Shown here: piece by piece, positions 60,549 to 64,000 of the stretch | Numbering within the stretch: the first letter of the stretch is position 1 | Layout of the letters: every line of letters starts with the position of its first letter | From: Candidatus Latescibacterota bacterium | GTDB lineage: Bacteria > Latescibacterota > UBA2968 | Assembly: GCA_038279365.1 (NCBI GenBank) | Contig: JAYODI010000013.1 | Span: 1-64,000, forward strand | Reading direction: 5' to 3' | DNA: 64,000 bases | Program-made: the position numbers and the translations under genes | The notes under the pieces: model-generated | Seen by the model: the letters and a program-made list of their open reading frames with translations, nothing else | The model's database searches: none | What the model was told of the DNA's origin: nothing

Positions 60549-63500
60549 ATGTTTTGTCTTTTTTTGATTTTTTCTTTTTTGATTTTTCCTTGCGCCACCT
60601 CCCATTCCCAACCTTTCATCACCCCAGGCGAAATCCTCGTCAAGTTCCACAATGCCACCACCAAACCCACATCCACCGAACTGCAAAACATCGCCCAACA
60701 ATACGGCGTCATCCAAATCGAACCACTCACCCCAGCACGCCTCACCAAACCTGCATATCCCCACCCCTTTACCAACCTCTACAAAATCCACCTCACAGGT
60801 GACCCCATTGCCGCCGCCCATGCCTACAGCCAACACCCTAACATTGCCTATGCCCAACCCAATCATTTGTTTTTCCCCCAAGAAACCCCCAACGACCCCC
60901 AATACACGGTCCAATTCAGCCTCTCCAACATCAACTGGCAAACCCTCTACGACGCCTTACCCCCTGCTCAAAAACAAATTATAGTTGCCGTTCTCGACTC
61001 TGGCGTAGACATCACCCACGAAGACCTACAAGCCAACATTTGGCAAAACACCAAAGAAGCCAACGGGCAACCCAACATCGACGATGATGGCAATGGCTAC
61101 ATCGACGACATTTATGGGTGGGATTTTACCGACGCCCCAAACATTCCTGGATTTGGCGATTCGACAGAACGCGACAACGACCCCAAAGACGAAACATCAC
61201 ACGGCACCAACATTTCGGGTGTGATCGCCGCTGTGACCAACAACAACTTGGGCATTGCCGGCATTGCCCCCAATGCCAAAATTATGCCCCTACGCGCAGG
61301 CGCATCCCTTCTTGCAGGAGGCAGTTTTTTACAAGAAGATGATCTTGCCGCAGGCATCATTTATGCGGTTGAAAACGGCGCCCACATCATCAACATGAGT
61401 TGGGGCGGTCCAGAAAATGCATTTGTCATTCGCGATGCCCTCACCTATGCCGCAAACCAAGGTCTTGTGCTTGTGGCATCTGCCGGAAACAGCGGAACTC
61501 CCAATCTCTCATTCCCCGCGGCCAACAACCACACCATTGCCGTGGGTGCAACAGATCGCTCAAATGCCTTGGCCAACTTCAGCAGCACGGGTGCCGCCAT
61601 AGACCTTGTCGCCCCCGGTCTCAATGTGCTCACCACCCAACTCAACAACACCTATACCGTACGCTCGGGTACCTCCTTATCGGCGCCCCAAGTATCTGGT
61701 CTTGCGGCCCTCATTTTATCGCGCAACCCCACCCTCAATCCCCAGCAGGTTCGCAGCCTCTTGCGCACCACCGCCAAAGACCTTGGCACACCAGGTTTTG
61801 ACAACAGCTTTGGTGCTGGGCTTATAGATGCAGGTGCATTGGTCACCCTCATCAGCACCGTTCCGCCCACAGTAGAAATTCTCACTCCGGAAAATGAAAG
61901 CGGTGCGACAAACACCGTGAACATCACTGCAAAAATCACAGGAGGTGAAATCACCTCTTATCGCCTCTCATTCGGCATAGGTCGCGACCCCCAATCGTGG
62001 ACCGTTCTCAAATCAGGTGCCCCTACCCAAGACATGCAACACACCTGGAACGTAAGCGGTCTTCAAGACACCATAACCATTGTGCGCCTAGAAGCACTTC
62101 GCAACAATGGGCGCACCCTCGAAGACCGTGTGCAAGTTCACATACAAGCCACAGCACCCACCCTATCGGCACTGGCCTATGGCCCCATCATAGACAAAGA
62201 ACGTTTAACCTATGAGTTTCGCTGGCTTACCGACCAACGTGCCCTCGGCGGGGTGGCCATCAAGCCCTTCGGCACCACAACTTTCGATACCCTCTACACG
62301 GGCCTTGTTGATACAGCACACCAACTTCTTCTTCCCAACAACCTACCGGCTGGCCCTCTCACTTTTCAAGTCATAGCCAAAGGCGAAAATGGCAAAACAG
62401 GCAGCGTCACACCACCCGCTTTTACCTATGTGCCTTACCGCATTCCCACAAATGGATACACCGAAGTAGGCACCTTGCCAGACGGTTTTTTATCTGAACG
62501 CCCAACAGACTTTAATGGAGATGGCCTCCCCGAAATTGTAATCATGCCTTATATCGAAGGCAAAACTTTTGGGCCCGTCAAAATTTTTGAACACCAAACC
62601 AACGGCACCTTCCAAACGGTTTTAACCACCACTGAAAGTTTTTTGCCCTGGGCCATTGGCGATATCACCAACAACGGCAAAGACGATTTATTAGGATCGG
62701 CCATCTTGCAATTTATGGTCTATCAAGGTACCAACACCAATCCCTTTCCTTCCCAACGCATTTTTGATTTAAGCAACACCTGGGGCGGTGAAATAGCCGA
62801 TACCGATGGCGACGGCATCAACAACATTGTGGCGCGCTCGGGCACAGATCGAGGCATTCGCATTTTGCAACGGGGCAATGATGGTGCCATTCGCGAGCAA
62901 TCCTTTCTCTTTGACCCCACCACTGGCACAGGCGACTTGGGCACGCGATTTGTTATTGCCGACTTTGATGGCGACGGCAACACCGAAATACTCACAGGCG
63001 ACGGCGATGGCGATTTGTGGATCACCGAACACCGTGTGGGCGGATACACCCAAACGTGGCTCTCACACGGTGAAGGAGATACCCGATGGGTGGGCGGGGG
63101 CAAAGATATTGACAACGATGGTCAAATCGAATTTGCCGTTGCGCGCGCTACCACAGACAGCAACGACGAGTTCAACGGTTATTGGGACCTCGAAATTTAC
63201 AGCATGATTGCCCCAGACCAATATGCCATCGAATGGTCTACCCGCATCACAGGAGTGGCAGCAACAGGCAATGGCATCATCTTTGGAGATGCCGACGGCG
63301 ACCAAAAAAACGACATCATCGTATGCCTGCGCCCAGACCTTTACGTCTTTCGATCCGATGCGCCCAACCTCTATCGCCCCATTTGGTACACCCCCGTAAG
63401 CCTCATGCATCGACCGATGCTGGCTGACCTTAATGCCAATGGACAACCCGAAATTTTATATAATTACAACAACGCCATACACATTGTTGAGCGTTCAGAA

Positions 63501-64000
63501 ACGGCCTTCACCGTCATATCCCCTCAAATCATTTCTGCCCGACCATTAGACATATCTCGCGTAGAAATTGACTGGATGCAAACCCCCGAAGCCACCACCT
63601 ATCGCATTTACAAATCAACAGGCAACACGCCACTCACCTTACTGACCAGTCTTTCAGATCGCACCATTTACACAGACACACTGCTGGTCGAAAACCAAAC
63701 CTATCGTTACCAAATTGCCGCGCTGCTTGCCGATGGCACCGAATTGCGCTCTGCCATTGCATCAGTCACGCCCAACAAACCACCCACAGTCACCAAACTC
63801 ACTGTTCAAAATGCCACACAGCTTGAAATTTTATTTAGTGAACCCATGGCCCCCATCACTTCCGAACCATCGGGTTATCGCATCAACACCCTCGGTCACC
63901 CCACATCAGTTATCTTAGACAAAAACAACAAACGCGCGTTGCTCACATTTGCCCAAGCCATTCCCACTCAATCTGCTACCCTCACCATCTTAAAAGCCAC
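60549..64000 (+). CDS. Large secreted S8 (subtilisin-like) serine peptidase with FG-GAP/VCBS repeats and FN3/Ig-like domains (3' truncated)
   Basis: Absent from the ORF track because no stop falls in the window. Signal peptide, VAVLDSG, SHGTNISG, ASAGN, SGTSLSAP and repeats such as DFNGDG/ADFDGDG/GDADGD. Frame spot-checked at 61191, 61662 and 63960. Confidence 0.9.
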   Translation, partial: MFCLFLIFSFLIFPCATSHSQPFITPGEILVKFHNATTKPTSTELQNIAQQYGVIQIEPLTPARLTKPAYPHPFTNLYKIHLTGDPIAAAHAYSQHPNIAYAQPNHLFFPQETPNDPQYTVQFSLSNINWQTLYDALPPAQKQIIVAVLDSGVDITHEDLQANIWQNTKEANGQPNIDDDGNGYIDDIYGWDFTDAPNIPGFGDSTERDNDPKDETSHGTNISGVIAAVTNNNLGIAGIAPNAKIMPLRAGASLLAGGSFLQEDDLAAGIIYAVENGAHIINMSWGGPENAFVIRDALTYAANQGLVLVASAGNSGTPNLSFPAANNHTIAVGATDRSNALANFSSTGAAIDLVAPGLNVLTTQLNNTYTVRSGTSLSAPQVSGLAALILSRNPTLNPQQVRSLLRTTAKDLGTPGFDNSFGAGLIDAGALVTLISTVPPTVEILTPENESGATNTVNITAKITGGEITSYRLSFGIGRDPQSWTVLKSGAPTQDMQHTWNVSGLQDTITIVRLEALRNNGRTLEDRVQVHIQATAPTLSALAYGPIIDKERLTYEFRWLTDQRALGGVAIKPFGTTTFDTLYTGLVDTAHQLLLPNNLPAGPLTFQVIAKGENGKTGSVTPPAFTYVPYRIPTNGYTEVGTLPDGFLSERPTDFNGDGLPEIVIMPYIEGKTFGPVKIFEHQTNGTFQTVLTTTESFLPWAIGDITNNGKDDLLGSAILQFMVYQGTNTNPFPSQRIFDLSNTWGGEIADTDGDGINNIVARSGTDRGIRILQRGNDGAIREQSFLFDPTTGTGDLGTRFVIADFDGDGNTEILTGDGDGDLWITEHRVGGYTQTWLSHGEGDTRWVGGGKDIDNDGQIEFAVARATTDSNDEFNGYWDLEIYSMIAPDQYAIEWSTRITGVAATGNGIIFGDADGDQKNDIIVCLRPDLYVFRSDAPNLYRPIWYTPVSLMHRPMLADLNANGQPEILYNYNNAIHIVERSETAFTVISPQIISARPLDISRVEIDWMQTPEATTYRIYKSTGNTPLTLLTSLSDRTIYTDTLLVENQTYRYQIAALLADGTELRSAIASVTPNKPPTVTKLTVQNATQLEILFSEPMAPITSEPSGYRINTLGHPTSVILDKNNKRALLTFAQAIPTQSATLTILKA

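Noticed and set aside
60347-63918. Many short ORFs on both strands in the last 3.6 kb
   Set aside because: Nearly all overlap the long S8 peptidase frame and none shows coding motifs.

Overview
Bacterial chromosomal window, gene-dense, with no rRNA, tRNA, CRISPR array or transposase seen. The gene families (GWxTD protein, DUF6785-like transporter, dockerin-like/EF-hand secreted protein, short FCB-type sigma70, family-5 ABC binding proteins, heparinase II/III-like lyases) suggest an FCB-group organism such as Ca. Latescibacterota; this is inference. Positions 1-17.7 kb are a minus-strand housekeeping run: ygfZ-like, folB-folK-dNK-panB-panC, sodA-prx-iscA, rny-iscU-like-queG-miaB-lipA, GWxTD, fused indolepyruvate oxidoreductase and a truncated response regulator. 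The rest holds qor, two orphan low-complexity genes behind a sigma28-like promoter, ArsR/amidase/NUDIX, a sigma factor, murD, a peptide/oligosaccharide ABC operon, two polysaccharide lyases, a BpsA-like + DUF2156 operon, a frameshifted outer-membrane barrel gene, a TrpD-like gene and a large S8 protease that runs off the right end. Best leads: (i) a candidate ~70-nt sigma28-type sRNA (about 310-378, minus strand) complementary to the SD/start regions of the two orphan genes at 19.4 and 19.8 kb; (ii) a branched-polyamine-synthase-like gene translationally coupled to a tRNA-dependent-transferase-like GNAT; (iii) an IscU homolog missing two of three cluster cysteines; (iv) inverted heptamer arrays; (v) a C8-tract frameshift. 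Family assignments come from motif recognition only, with no database searches. Several start codons were moved from the ORF track on RBS or promoter evidence.
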